From Betaproteobacteria bacterium (GTDB lineage Bacteria; Pseudomonadota; Gammaproteobacteria; Burkholderiales; Thiobacillaceae), in contig VGVT01000001.1 of NCBI GenBank assembly GCA_016873935.1, positions 55,783 through 79,782 on the forward strand: a DNA stretch of 24,000 nt, written 5' to 3'. Below, one piece after another: positions 12,948-20,626 of this stretch; the stretch's first letter is position 1; the number at the start of each line of letters is the position of its first letter. The translations under genes and the position numbers were made by a program. The notes beneath the pieces are model-generated. The model had not been told where the DNA came from. It searched no databases and saw only the letters and a program-made list of their open reading frames with translations.

Positions 12948-14735
12948 ATGCGCATCCTCTTCCTCACCCACGCCTTCAACAGCCTGACCCAGCGGCTCTA
13001 TGTGGAACTCACCGCCCTCGGCCATGAGATATCCATCGAGTTCGACATCAACGACAGCGTCACCACCGAGGCGGTGGAGCTGTTCCGGCCCCACCTGATC
13101 CTGGCGCCCTACCTGCGCCGGGCCATTCCGGAAGCCATCTGGCGCGAGCACGTCTGCCTGATCGTGCACCCGGGCATCGTCGGCGACCGGGGGCCGTCGG
13201 CCCTGGACTGGGCGATCCTGAACGGCGAGAAGGAATGGGGCGTGACCGTGCTCCAGGCGGAAGCCGAGATGGACGCCGGCCCGGTGTGGGCCAGCGAGAC
13301 CTTCCCCATGCGGGCGGCGAAGAAATCCAGCCTGTACCGCAACGAGGTCACCGAAGCGGCGGTGCGGGCGGTGCAGGCAGCCCTCTCCCGGCTGCCTGAC
13401 TACCGTGCCGGAACCTGGCAGCCGCAATCCGTCCCGTTGCGCCCCATGCACGCCATCATGCAACAGGGCAACCGGGCCATCGATTGGGAAAGGGACGCCA
13501 CCGCCACGGTGCTCGCCAAGCTCGACTGCGCCGACGGCTTTCCCGGGGTGCGCGACAGCCTCTTCGGCCGGACCTGCCAGCTCTACGATGGCCGGGCGTT
13601 TCCGGCCCGGGGCCGGCCTGGCGAGCTGCTGGGCCGGGCGGGGGAGGGCGTGGTGCGGGCCACCGCCGACGGGGCGGTGTGGATCGGGCACTGCAAGGTG
13701 GAGGGTGGGATCAAGCTGCCGGTGGGGGGGGTGTTTCCGGAGGTGGCGGGGTTGGAGGAGATGTTGCCAACGACGAATCCCCCCCAGCCCCCCTTTTACA
13801 AAGGGGGGAGTGACAGCAACGGGATTTTGGGTGTTCCCCCCTTTGAAAAAGGGGGGACAGGGGGGATTCCTATGGATCCCGACATCACCTACGAAGAATC
13901 CGCTTCAGTCGGCTACCTCCACTTCGACTTCTACAACGGCGCCATGGGCACCGCCGCCTGCGAGCGGCTGCTGTCCGCCTATGAAGCCGCTCGGCAGCGC
14001 CCCACCAAGGTCATCGTGCTCCTGGGCGGCGCCGATTTCTTCAGCAACGGCCTGGATCTGAACCGCATCGAGGCGGCCGACAGCCCGCCGGACGAATCCT
14101 GGCGCAACATCAACGCCATGGACGACCTCTGTCGGGCCATCATCACCACCGATTCCCACCTCACCGTCAGCGCCCTGCGCGGCAACGCCGGCGCCGGCGG
14201 CGCCTTCCTGGCCCTGGCGGCGGACCGGGTGTGGGCGCGCCGGGGCGTCATCCTCAACCCCCACTACAAGAACATGGGCAACCTGTACGGCTCGGAATAC
14301 TGGAGCTACCTGCTGCCGCGCCGGGTGGGCGTTGATCAGGCCCAGGCCATCCTACGCAACCGCCTGCCCCTGGGCGCGGAATCCGCGACCACCATGGGCT
14401 TCCTGGACGAAGCCTTCGGTGAAGACCTGGCCGGCTTCGAGGCGGAAACCCGCCGCCGAGCCCAGGCCCTGGCCGAAGCCGCCGATTTCGCCGAACAACT
14501 ACGGGAGAAGAACCGCCGCCGCGCCGAGGACGAGGCCGCGAAGCCCCTGGAGAATTGCCGCGCCGAGGAACTGAAGCACATGCAGCGCAACTTCTACGGC
14601 TTCGACCCCAGCTACCACGTGGCCCGCCACCATTTCGTGGGCAAGACGCCCCATTCCTGGACGCCGAGGCATCTGGCGGTGCACCGGGATTTGGGGTGGG
14701 TGGTGCCGGGTGATTCCGGAGAGGTTTCCGGGTGA
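12948..14735 (+). CDS. hypX: Hydrogenase maturation factor HypX/HoxX (N-terminal formyltransferase-like domain, C-terminal enoyl-CoA hydratase/crotonase-like domain)
   Basis: MRILFLTHAFNSLTQRLYVEL...LIVHPGIVGDRGPSALDWAI (formyltransferase-like), then VIVLLGGADFFSNGLDLN...GNAGAGGAFLALAAD (crotonase-like). It follows hypE, as in aerobic H2 oxidisers. Confidence 0.85.
   Translation: MRILFLTHAFNSLTQRLYVELTALGHEISIEFDINDSVTTEAVELFRPHLILAPYLRRAIPEAIWREHVCLIVHPGIVGDRGPSALDWAILNGEKEWGVTVLQAEAEMDAGPVWASETFPMRAAKKSSLYRNEVTEAAVRAVQAALSRLPDYRAGTWQPQSVPLRPMHAIMQQGNRAIDWERDATATVLAKLDCADGFPGVRDSLFGRTCQLYDGRAFPARGRPGELLGRAGEGVVRATADGAVWIGHCKVEGGIKLPVGGVFPEVAGLEEMLPTTNPPQPPFYKGGSDSNGILGVPPFEKGGTGGIPMDPDITYEESASVGYLHFDFYNGAMGTAACERLLSAYEAARQRPTKVIVLLGGADFFSNGLDLNRIEAADSPPDESWRNINAMDDLCRAIITTDSHLTVSALRGNAGAGGAFLALAADRVWARRGVILNPHYKNMGNLYGSEYWSYLLPRRVGVDQAQAILRNRLPLGAESATTMGFLDEAFGEDLAGFEAETRRRAQALAEAADFAEQLREKNRRRAEDEAAKPLENCRAEELKHMQRNFYGFDPSYHVARHHFVGKTPHSWTPRHLAVHRDLGWVVPGDSGEVSG
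13776..13869. repeat. Family-1 palindromic element inside the hypX interdomain linker
   Basis: AATCCCCCCCAGCCCCCCTTTTACAAAGGGGGGAG ... GTTCCCCCCTTTGAAAAAGGGGGGACAGGGGGGATTC. It is translated as NPPQPPFYKGGSDSNGILGVPPFEKGGTGGI. Confidence 0.9.
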
Positions 14736-14748
14736 TTCCGGCGTTGCT

Positions 14749-14843
14749 AAATCCCCCCCGGCCCCCCTTTAGGAAAGGGGGGAGAGCCTTTGACGTAGGC
14801 CGAAGGGTTCCTCCCTTTTGTAAAGGGAGGACAGGAGGGATTT
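14749..14843. repeat. Family-1 palindromic element (beta right arm), hypX-hoxA junction
   Basis: AAATCCCCCCCGGCCCCCCTTTAGGAAAGGGGGGAG ... GCCGAAGGGTTCCTCCCTTTTGTAAAGGGAGGACAGGAGGGATTT. Confidence 0.9.
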
Positions 14844-14880
14844 CTCCCACGGTAGCGCTCGTACAACCCTCAGCAATCCC

Positions 14881-16332
14881 ATGACCCCGCTCCCCACCGT
14901 CCTGGTCATCGACGACGAGGTCCGCTCCCAGGAGGCCCTGCGCCGCACCCTGGAGGAGGACTTCGAGGTCTTCACCGCGTCGAGCGCGGCGGAGGCCCGG
15001 GGCATCATGGAAGGGCAGTCCATCCAGGTGGTGCTCACCGACCAGCGCATGCCCGAGGTGAGCGGCGTGGAGTTCCTCAAGGAGGTGCGCCGCGCCTGGC
15101 CCGACACGGTGCGCATCATCATCTCCGGCTACACCGACAGCGAGGACATCATCGCCGGCATCAACGAGGCGGGCATCTACCAGTACCTGCTCAAGCCCTG
15201 GCATCCGGAACAGCTGCTGCTGACCCTGAAGCGGGCCGCCGAACTCCACAAGCTGCAACAGGAGAACTGCCAGCTCGCCGTGGAACTTCGGGCCGCCGAG
15301 CCGGTGTTGAGGGGCCGGGTGGAAGCCAGTCGCGCCCGGGTGAAGCAGGCCTTCGCGGTGGGCAACGTGGTGCGGGCGCCGGGCAGCCCCATGAACGAAG
15401 TGTGCGACCTGGTGGCCCGGGCCGCCCGCTTCGACGTGGCCATCCTGCTCACCGGCGAATCCGGCACCGGCAAGGAACTGCTGGCCCGGGCCATCCACTA
15501 CGCCAGCGGCCGCGCCGACAAGCCCTTCGTGGTGGAGAACTGCGGCGCCCTGCCGGACACCCTGCTGGAATCGGAACTGTTCGGCCACAAGCGGGGCGCC
15601 TTCACCGGCGCCTTCGAGGACCGGGTGGGCCTGTTCCAGCAGGCCCACGGCGGCACCCTGTTCCTGGACGAGATCGGTGAAACCACCCCCGCCTTCCAGG
15701 TGAAGTTGTTGCGGGTGCTGCAGGAAGGGGAGTTCCGCCCGGTGGGGGGCAGCCGGCCCGTGTCGGTGGACGTGCGCGTCCTCGCCGCCACCAACCGGGA
15801 CCTGGAAGCGGAGGTGAAGGCCGGTCGCTTCCGGGAGGACCTGTTCTACCGCCTGGCCACCGTGCCCATGCGCCTGCCGGCCCTGCGGGAACGGCCCATG
15901 GACATACCCGCCCTGGCCAAGGCCATCCTGGCGAAGACCGGTGCCGCCCTGGGCCGGCGCGTGGAAGGCTTCGCCCCCGCCACCCTGGACTGCCTCGCCG
16001 CCTATGGCTGGCCCGGCAACGTGCGGGAATTGCAGAACGAGATCCAGCGCATGCTGGTGCTCTCCGACGGCACCACGCTGACCCCGGAACTGCTGGCGCC
16101 CCACATCCGCCAGTCGGGCCTGGCCGAGGCCCTGGAACACAGCGCCGGCGGCCTGCGCGGCCGGGTGGACGCCCTGGAGATCAGCCTGTTGGCCGAGGCC
16201 CTGGAGCGCAACCGGGGCAATCTTTCCAAGACCGCCCGGGAGCTGGGCCTGTCCCGCCTGGGCCTGGCGAAGAAGATGCAGCGGCTGGGGGTGGAGCGGC
16301 CGGGGAAAGGGAAGGGGGAAGCGGATGTGTAG
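14881..16332 (+). CDS. hoxA: NtrC-family sigma-54-dependent response regulator (hydrogenase transcriptional activator)
   Basis: Receiver domain (VLVIDDE...VLTDQRMPEVSG...LLKPW), AAA+ sigma-54 interaction domain (GESGTGKELLARAIH, GAFTGA, ESELFGH), and a C-terminal Fis-type HTH (NLSKTARELGLSR). Confidence 0.9.
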   Translation: MTPLPTVLVIDDEVRSQEALRRTLEEDFEVFTASSAAEARGIMEGQSIQVVLTDQRMPEVSGVEFLKEVRRAWPDTVRIIISGYTDSEDIIAGINEAGIYQYLLKPWHPEQLLLTLKRAAELHKLQQENCQLAVELRAAEPVLRGRVEASRARVKQAFAVGNVVRAPGSPMNEVCDLVARAARFDVAILLTGESGTGKELLARAIHYASGRADKPFVVENCGALPDTLLESELFGHKRGAFTGAFEDRVGLFQQAHGGTLFLDEIGETTPAFQVKLLRVLQEGEFRPVGGSRPVSVDVRVLAATNRDLEAEVKAGRFREDLFYRLATVPMRLPALRERPMDIPALAKAILAKTGAALGRRVEGFAPATLDCLAAYGWPGNVRELQNEIQRMLVLSDGTTLTPELLAPHIRQSGLAEALEHSAGGLRGRVDALEISLLAEALERNRGNLSKTARELGLSRLGLAKKMQRLGVERPGKGKGEADV

Positions 16333-16354
16333 GGTGATGGTGGTCGCCGCGGAG

Positions 16355-16453
16355 AAATCCCCCCCAGCCCCCCTTTACGAAAGGGGGGAGCAGAACCGCA
16401 TCGGCTTGAAATGGGCGTTCCCCCCTTTCGTAAAGGGGGGACAGGGGGGATTT
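16355..16453. repeat. Family-1 palindromic element (alpha), hoxA-hoxB junction
   Basis: AAATCCCCCCCAGCCCCCCTTTACGAAAGGGGGGAG ... GTTCCCCCCTTTCGTAAAGGGGGGACAGGGGGGATTT. This is the cleanest copy, and its arms are near-perfect reverse complements. Confidence 0.9.
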
Positions 16454-16484
16454 AGCAACCCTGGCCATTCCCTCAAGGCCCACC

Positions 16485-17495
16485 ATGCCCCCTGAGCCCC
16501 TCAACCTCCTCTGGCTCCAGTCCGGCGGTTGCGGCGGCTGCACCCTGTCCCTGCTCAACGCCGAGCATCCCCATCTCTTCACCCACCTGGAGGACGCCGG
16601 CATCCGCCTGCTCTGGCATCCCAGCCTGAGCCAGGCTTCCGGGTCCGAGGCCCTGGACATCCTGGCCGCCTGCGCCGAGGGGCGGGAGCGGCTGGACATC
16701 CTCTGCGTGGAGGGTTCGGTGATGACCGGGCCCCACGGCACCGGCCGCTTCCACATGCTGTCCGGCACCGGCCGGCCCATGATGTCCTGGGTGCTGGACC
16801 TGGCCGTCCGTGCCCGCCACGTGCTGGCGGTGGGCAGCTGCGCCGCCTTCGGCGGCATCACCGCCTCCGGCGGCAATCCGGGGGGCGCGATGGGACTGCA
16901 ATTCGACGGCGAGCATCCGGGCGGCCTGCTGGGGGCCGGCTTCCGGGCCGGCGGCGGGCTACCGGTCATCAACGTGGCGGGCTGTCCCACCCATCCGGGC
17001 TGGGTGCTGGACACCCTGCTGGCCCTGGCCCTGGAGCGTTTCTCCGGCACCGACCTGGACCCCCTCCAGCGGCCCCGGTTCTACGCCGACCACCTGGTCC
17101 ACCACGGCTGCCCCCGCAACGAGTTCTACGAGTTCAAGGCCAGCGCGGAGAAGGCCTCGGACCAGGGCTGCATGATGGAGAACATGGGCTGCAAGGGCAC
17201 CCAGGCCCACGCCGACTGTAACACCCGGCTGTGGAACGGTTCCGGCTCCTGCCTGCGCGGCGGCTACGCCTGCGTTTCCTGCACCGAGCCCCGCTTCGAG
17301 GAGCCCGGCCACCCCTTCGCGGAGACCCCCAAGGTGGCGGGCATTCCCATCGGCCTGCCCACGGACATGCCCAAGGCCTGGTTCGTCGCTTTGGCGGCCC
17401 TGTCGAAATCCGCCACGCCCAAACGGGTGCGGGAGAACGCGGTGGCGGACCACGCGGTGGTGACGCCGGCGGTGAAGAAGACGGGGTTGAAATGA
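16485..17495 (+). CDS. hoxB: Regulatory (H2-sensing) [NiFe]-hydrogenase small subunit (HoxB/HupU)
   Basis: LLWLQSGGCGGCTLSLL and further Fe-S Cys motifs (GSCAAFGG, GCPTHP, CxxxC...C). There is no twin-arginine signal at the N-terminus, consistent with a cytoplasmic sensor hydrogenase. Confidence 0.85.
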   Translation: MPPEPLNLLWLQSGGCGGCTLSLLNAEHPHLFTHLEDAGIRLLWHPSLSQASGSEALDILAACAEGRERLDILCVEGSVMTGPHGTGRFHMLSGTGRPMMSWVLDLAVRARHVLAVGSCAAFGGITASGGNPGGAMGLQFDGEHPGGLLGAGFRAGGGLPVINVAGCPTHPGWVLDTLLALALERFSGTDLDPLQRPRFYADHLVHHGCPRNEFYEFKASAEKASDQGCMMENMGCKGTQAHADCNTRLWNGSGSCLRGGYACVSCTEPRFEEPGHPFAETPKVAGIPIGLPTDMPKAWFVALAALSKSATPKRVRENAVADHAVVTPAVKKTGLK

Positions 17496-17534
17496 AGCTT
17501 GTCGATCAACGGTTTCGCGTGTTCTGCGCGCGTC

Positions 17535-17661
17535 AAATCCCCCCCGGCCCCCCTTTAGGAAAGGGGGGAGCAAACCACCTTGCCCGCACACTGTTCGCAG
17601 GGAAAGATGCCGCCCACCCCGTGAGTCCCCCCCTTTTTCAAAGGGGGGTTAGGGGGGATTT
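17535..17661. repeat. Family-1 palindromic element (alpha, long 56-nt spacer), hoxB-hoxC junction
   Basis: AAATCCCCCCCGGCCCCCCTTTAGGAAAGGGGGGAG ... GTCCCCCCCTTTTTCAAAGGGGGGTTAGGGGGGATTT. Confidence 0.85.
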
Positions 17662-17694
17662 CTCCGCGGCGTGTATAACCAACAGGTCTCACCC

Positions 17695-19113
17695 ATGACC
17701 ACCCGCATCCTCGGCCCCTTCAACCGCGTCGAAGGCGACCTGGAAGTCCACCTGGACATCGCCGACGGCAAGGTGGCCGCCGCCCGGGTCAACTCGCCCC
17801 TCTACCGGGGCTTCGAACAGATGCTGCCGGGCAAGGCGCCCCTGGACGCCCTGGTCATCGTGCCCCGCATCTGCGGCATCTGCTCCGTGGCCCAGAGCGC
17901 TGCCGCCGCCGCCGCCCTGCGCGACTTCATGGGCCTGGCGCCGCCGCCCAACGGCCTGCTCGCGGAACACCTGGTGACCGCCTGCGAGAACCTGGCGGAC
18001 CATCTGAGCCACTTCTACCTGTTCTTCATGCCGGACTTCGCCCGGCCTGTGTATCAAGACCGGCCCTGGTTCCCCGCCGTGGCTACCCGTTTCCAGGCGG
18101 TTTCCGGCAGTGCCGCCAACGACATGCTGCCGGCCCGGGCCGAGTTCATGCACCTCATGGGCCTGATGGCGGGCAAATGGCCCCACACCCTGAGCCTGCA
18201 ACCCGGCGGCAGCGCCCGGCCCCTGGAACATTCGGAAATCCTCCGCCTCATCACCCTGCTGCGGGGCTTCCGCCGCTTCCTGGAACGGCATGTGTTCGGC
18301 GATGCCCTGGAAGCCGTGGCCGGCCTGGACAACCTGGCCGCGCTGGCCAACTGGCGCCAGGGCAGGGTAGGGGATCTGTCCCTGTTCCTGAACGTCGCCG
18401 AGGACCTGGGCCTGGATCGCCTGGGCCGGGCCGGCGACCGCTTCCTCAGCCATGGGGCCTACGACCTGTTTCCCGCCGGGGTGTGGGACGGCGACAACGC
18501 GCCCCTGGACCCCGCCGCCATCGTCGAGGATGTGAGCCATGCCTGGATGGCCGGCGAGGCCCTGCCTCCCGCCCGGGGCATGACCCAGCCCCTGCCGGAC
18601 AAGGCCGATGCCTACACCTGGTGCAAGGCGCCGCGCTATGGCGGGCAAGTGGTGGAAACCGGCGCTCTGGCGCGCCAGATGGTGGCCGGCCATCCCCTGA
18701 TCCGGGAATGGGTGGCCGCGAAGGGCGGCAGCGTGACGGCCCGGGTGCTGGCGCGGCTGCTGGAACTGGCCATCGTGGTACCGGAAATGGAGCGATGGGC
18801 CAAGGCGCTGACGCCGGGCGAGCCCTGGTGCCACCATGCCGAGCTTCCCGACGAGGGCGTCGGCATCGGCCTGGTGGAAGCGGCCCGGGGCAGCCTGGGC
18901 CATTGGCTTGCCGTGCGCCACGGCCGCATCGCCAATTACCAGATCATCGCTCCCACCACCTGGAACTTCTCGCCACGTGACGCGGGGGGTGTGCCCGGCG
19001 CTCTGGAGCAGGCATTGGCGGGGATGGCAGTGGATGCGGACGACCCCATGCCGGTAGCGGTGCAACATGTGGTGCGGTCCTTCGATCCGTGCATGGTTTG
19101 TACGGTGCATTGA
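17695..19113 (+). CDS. hoxC: Regulatory (H2-sensing) [NiFe]-hydrogenase large subunit (HoxC/HupV)
   Basis: N-terminal PRICGICSVAQ (RxCGxC) and C-terminal DPCMVCTVH* (DPCxxCxxH). The protein ends directly at the His, so there is no protease-cleaved C-terminal extension, which is typical of sensor hydrogenases. ATG 17695 is preferred over GTG 17671. Confidence 0.9.
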   Translation: MTTRILGPFNRVEGDLEVHLDIADGKVAAARVNSPLYRGFEQMLPGKAPLDALVIVPRICGICSVAQSAAAAAALRDFMGLAPPPNGLLAEHLVTACENLADHLSHFYLFFMPDFARPVYQDRPWFPAVATRFQAVSGSAANDMLPARAEFMHLMGLMAGKWPHTLSLQPGGSARPLEHSEILRLITLLRGFRRFLERHVFGDALEAVAGLDNLAALANWRQGRVGDLSLFLNVAEDLGLDRLGRAGDRFLSHGAYDLFPAGVWDGDNAPLDPAAIVEDVSHAWMAGEALPPARGMTQPLPDKADAYTWCKAPRYGGQVVETGALARQMVAGHPLIREWVAAKGGSVTARVLARLLELAIVVPEMERWAKALTPGEPWCHHAELPDEGVGIGLVEAARGSLGHWLAVRHGRIANYQIIAPTTWNFSPRDAGGVPGALEQALAGMAVDADDPMPVAVQHVVRSFDPCMVCTVH

Positions 19114-19127
19114 TGAGCCGGCCGGTG

Positions 19128-19228
19128 AAAATCCCCCCCAGCCCCCCTTTACAAAAGGGGGGAGAAAAGCAGCGATGCGCCTTGCACGGGCGTCCCCGCC
19201 TTTTGCAAAGGGGGGGCAGGGGGGATTT
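19128..19228. repeat. Family-1 palindromic element (alpha), hoxC-hoxJ junction
   Basis: AAAATCCCCCCCAGCCCCCCTTTACAAAAGGGGGGAG ... GTCCCCGCCTTTTGCAAAGGGGGGGCAGGGGGGATTT. Confidence 0.9.
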
Positions 19229-19262
19229 CGCCAACTTCAACATTCCCAGCAGCACCTGACAC

Positions 19263-20603
19263 ATGCCCACCACCAAGCACCTCCCCCCGCCCATCCTCGC
19301 CGAAGGCCTGCAAAGCCTGGGCGAGGACGCCTGGATCGAGGTCATCCAGAAGATGGACGAGGTGTACAACGACCTGCTCCAGTACGAGGTGGCCCTGGAG
19401 GAGAAGAACGCGGCCCTGGAGGAATCCCAGCAGTTCGTGTTCTCGGTGCTGGCCTCCATGTCCGACATCCTGGTGGTGTGCGACCGGGACGGGAAGATCG
19501 AGGTGGTGAACCAGGCCCTGGTGGCTTTCTCAGGCAAGCCGGAGAGCGCACTGATCGGCATGCCCCTGTTCGACCTGTTCGCCGACGACGGCGCCCGCGC
19601 CAACGCCGAGCGCATGTTCGCCAACCACGGCATGAAGGGCCTGGCCGATTGCGAACTGCCCCTGAAGGGCGCCGACGGTGCCGCCGTGCCGGTCTCCCTC
19701 AACTGCACGCCGCGCTTCAACCACCAGGGTACCCAGGTGGGCATGGTCATCACCGGCCGGCCGGTGGGTGAACTGCGTCGTGCCTACCAGGCCCTGCGCG
19801 AGGCCCACGAGGACCTGAAGCGGACCCAGCAGCAGTTACTGCATTCGGAGAAGATGGCCTCGCTCGGGCGCCTGGTGGCGGGCGTCGCCCACGAACTCAA
19901 CAACCCCATCAGCTTCGTCCTGGGCAACGCCCATGCCCTGCACCGCTATGCCCAGCGCCTGGAGCAATACCTGGCCGCCTTCCACGCCGGCCGGCCGCAA
20001 GAGGAGCTGGAAGTCCTGCGCCGGGAGCTGCGCATCGACCGATTGCTGGAGGACCTGCCGCCCCTGATCGAGGGCACGGTCGAAGGGGCGGAACGCACCC
20101 GCGACATCGTCGACAGCCTCAAGCGCTTTTCGGCGGTGGACCGCAACGAGACCCAGCCCTTCAACCTGTCCCAGGTCATCGAGCAGGCGGTGCACTGGGT
20201 CACCAAGGCCGCCGCCGACAAGCTCAAGGTCACGACCGAGCTGCCGGAAGGCATCAACGTGCTGGGCTCGGCGGGCCAGATGCAGCAGGTCGTCATGAAC
20301 CTGGTGCAGAACGCCTGCGATGCCACCGCCGAGGAGACCCAGCCGCGCCTGGACATTTCCGCCCGGCGGGTCGGCGACAGCGTCGAGATCAGCTTCCGGG
20401 ACAACGGTCCCGGCATTCCGGCGGACAACCTGCCCCACCTGTTCGAACCCTTCTTCACCACCAAGCCGGTCGGCAAGGGGACCGGCCTGGGCCTGGCCAT
20501 CACCTACGGCATCGTCGAGCGCCACGGCGGCAGTCTGAGCGCGGGCAACGCGCCGGAAGGCGGCGCGGTGTTCAACTTGAGGCTGCCCCTGGCGAAGCAC
20601 TGA
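19263..20603 (+). CDS. hoxJ: Soluble PAS-domain histidine kinase of the H2-sensing pathway (HoxJ/HupT)
   Basis: No transmembrane segments are evident. A PAS-like region (FSVLASMSDILVVCDRDGKI), a HisKA H-box (LGRLVAGVAHELNNPISF), and HATPase N/G boxes (NLVQNACDA, DNGPGI, GKGTGLGL) are present. Confidence 0.85.
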   Translation: MPTTKHLPPPILAEGLQSLGEDAWIEVIQKMDEVYNDLLQYEVALEEKNAALEESQQFVFSVLASMSDILVVCDRDGKIEVVNQALVAFSGKPESALIGMPLFDLFADDGARANAERMFANHGMKGLADCELPLKGADGAAVPVSLNCTPRFNHQGTQVGMVITGRPVGELRRAYQALREAHEDLKRTQQQLLHSEKMASLGRLVAGVAHELNNPISFVLGNAHALHRYAQRLEQYLAAFHAGRPQEELEVLRRELRIDRLLEDLPPLIEGTVEGAERTRDIVDSLKRFSAVDRNETQPFNLSQVIEQAVHWVTKAAADKLKVTTELPEGINVLGSAGQMQQVVMNLVQNACDATAEETQPRLDISARRVGDSVEISFRDNGPGIPADNLPHLFEPFFTTKPVGKGTGLGLAITYGIVERHGGSLSAGNAPEGGAVFNLRLPLAKH

Positions 20604-20626
20604 CCCCCGGGGCAGGGAGCGGGCTC

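Noticed and set aside
16355-16453. G-quadruplex or i-motif potential of the G6/C6 tracts, with three of each per strand per element.
   Set aside because: The tracts are fully engaged in strong Watson-Crick hairpins, and the G-tracts are either contiguous or far apart. Whether G4 formation competes with the hairpins cannot be judged by eye, so no claim is made.
20604-20626. A possible bidirectional terminator in the 23-bp gap between the convergent hoxJ and cbiO stops (CCCCCGGGG, GAGCGGGCTC followed by TTATT).
   Set aside because: The stems are only 4 bp and there is no convincing U-tract. This cannot be supported as an intrinsic terminator from sequence alone.
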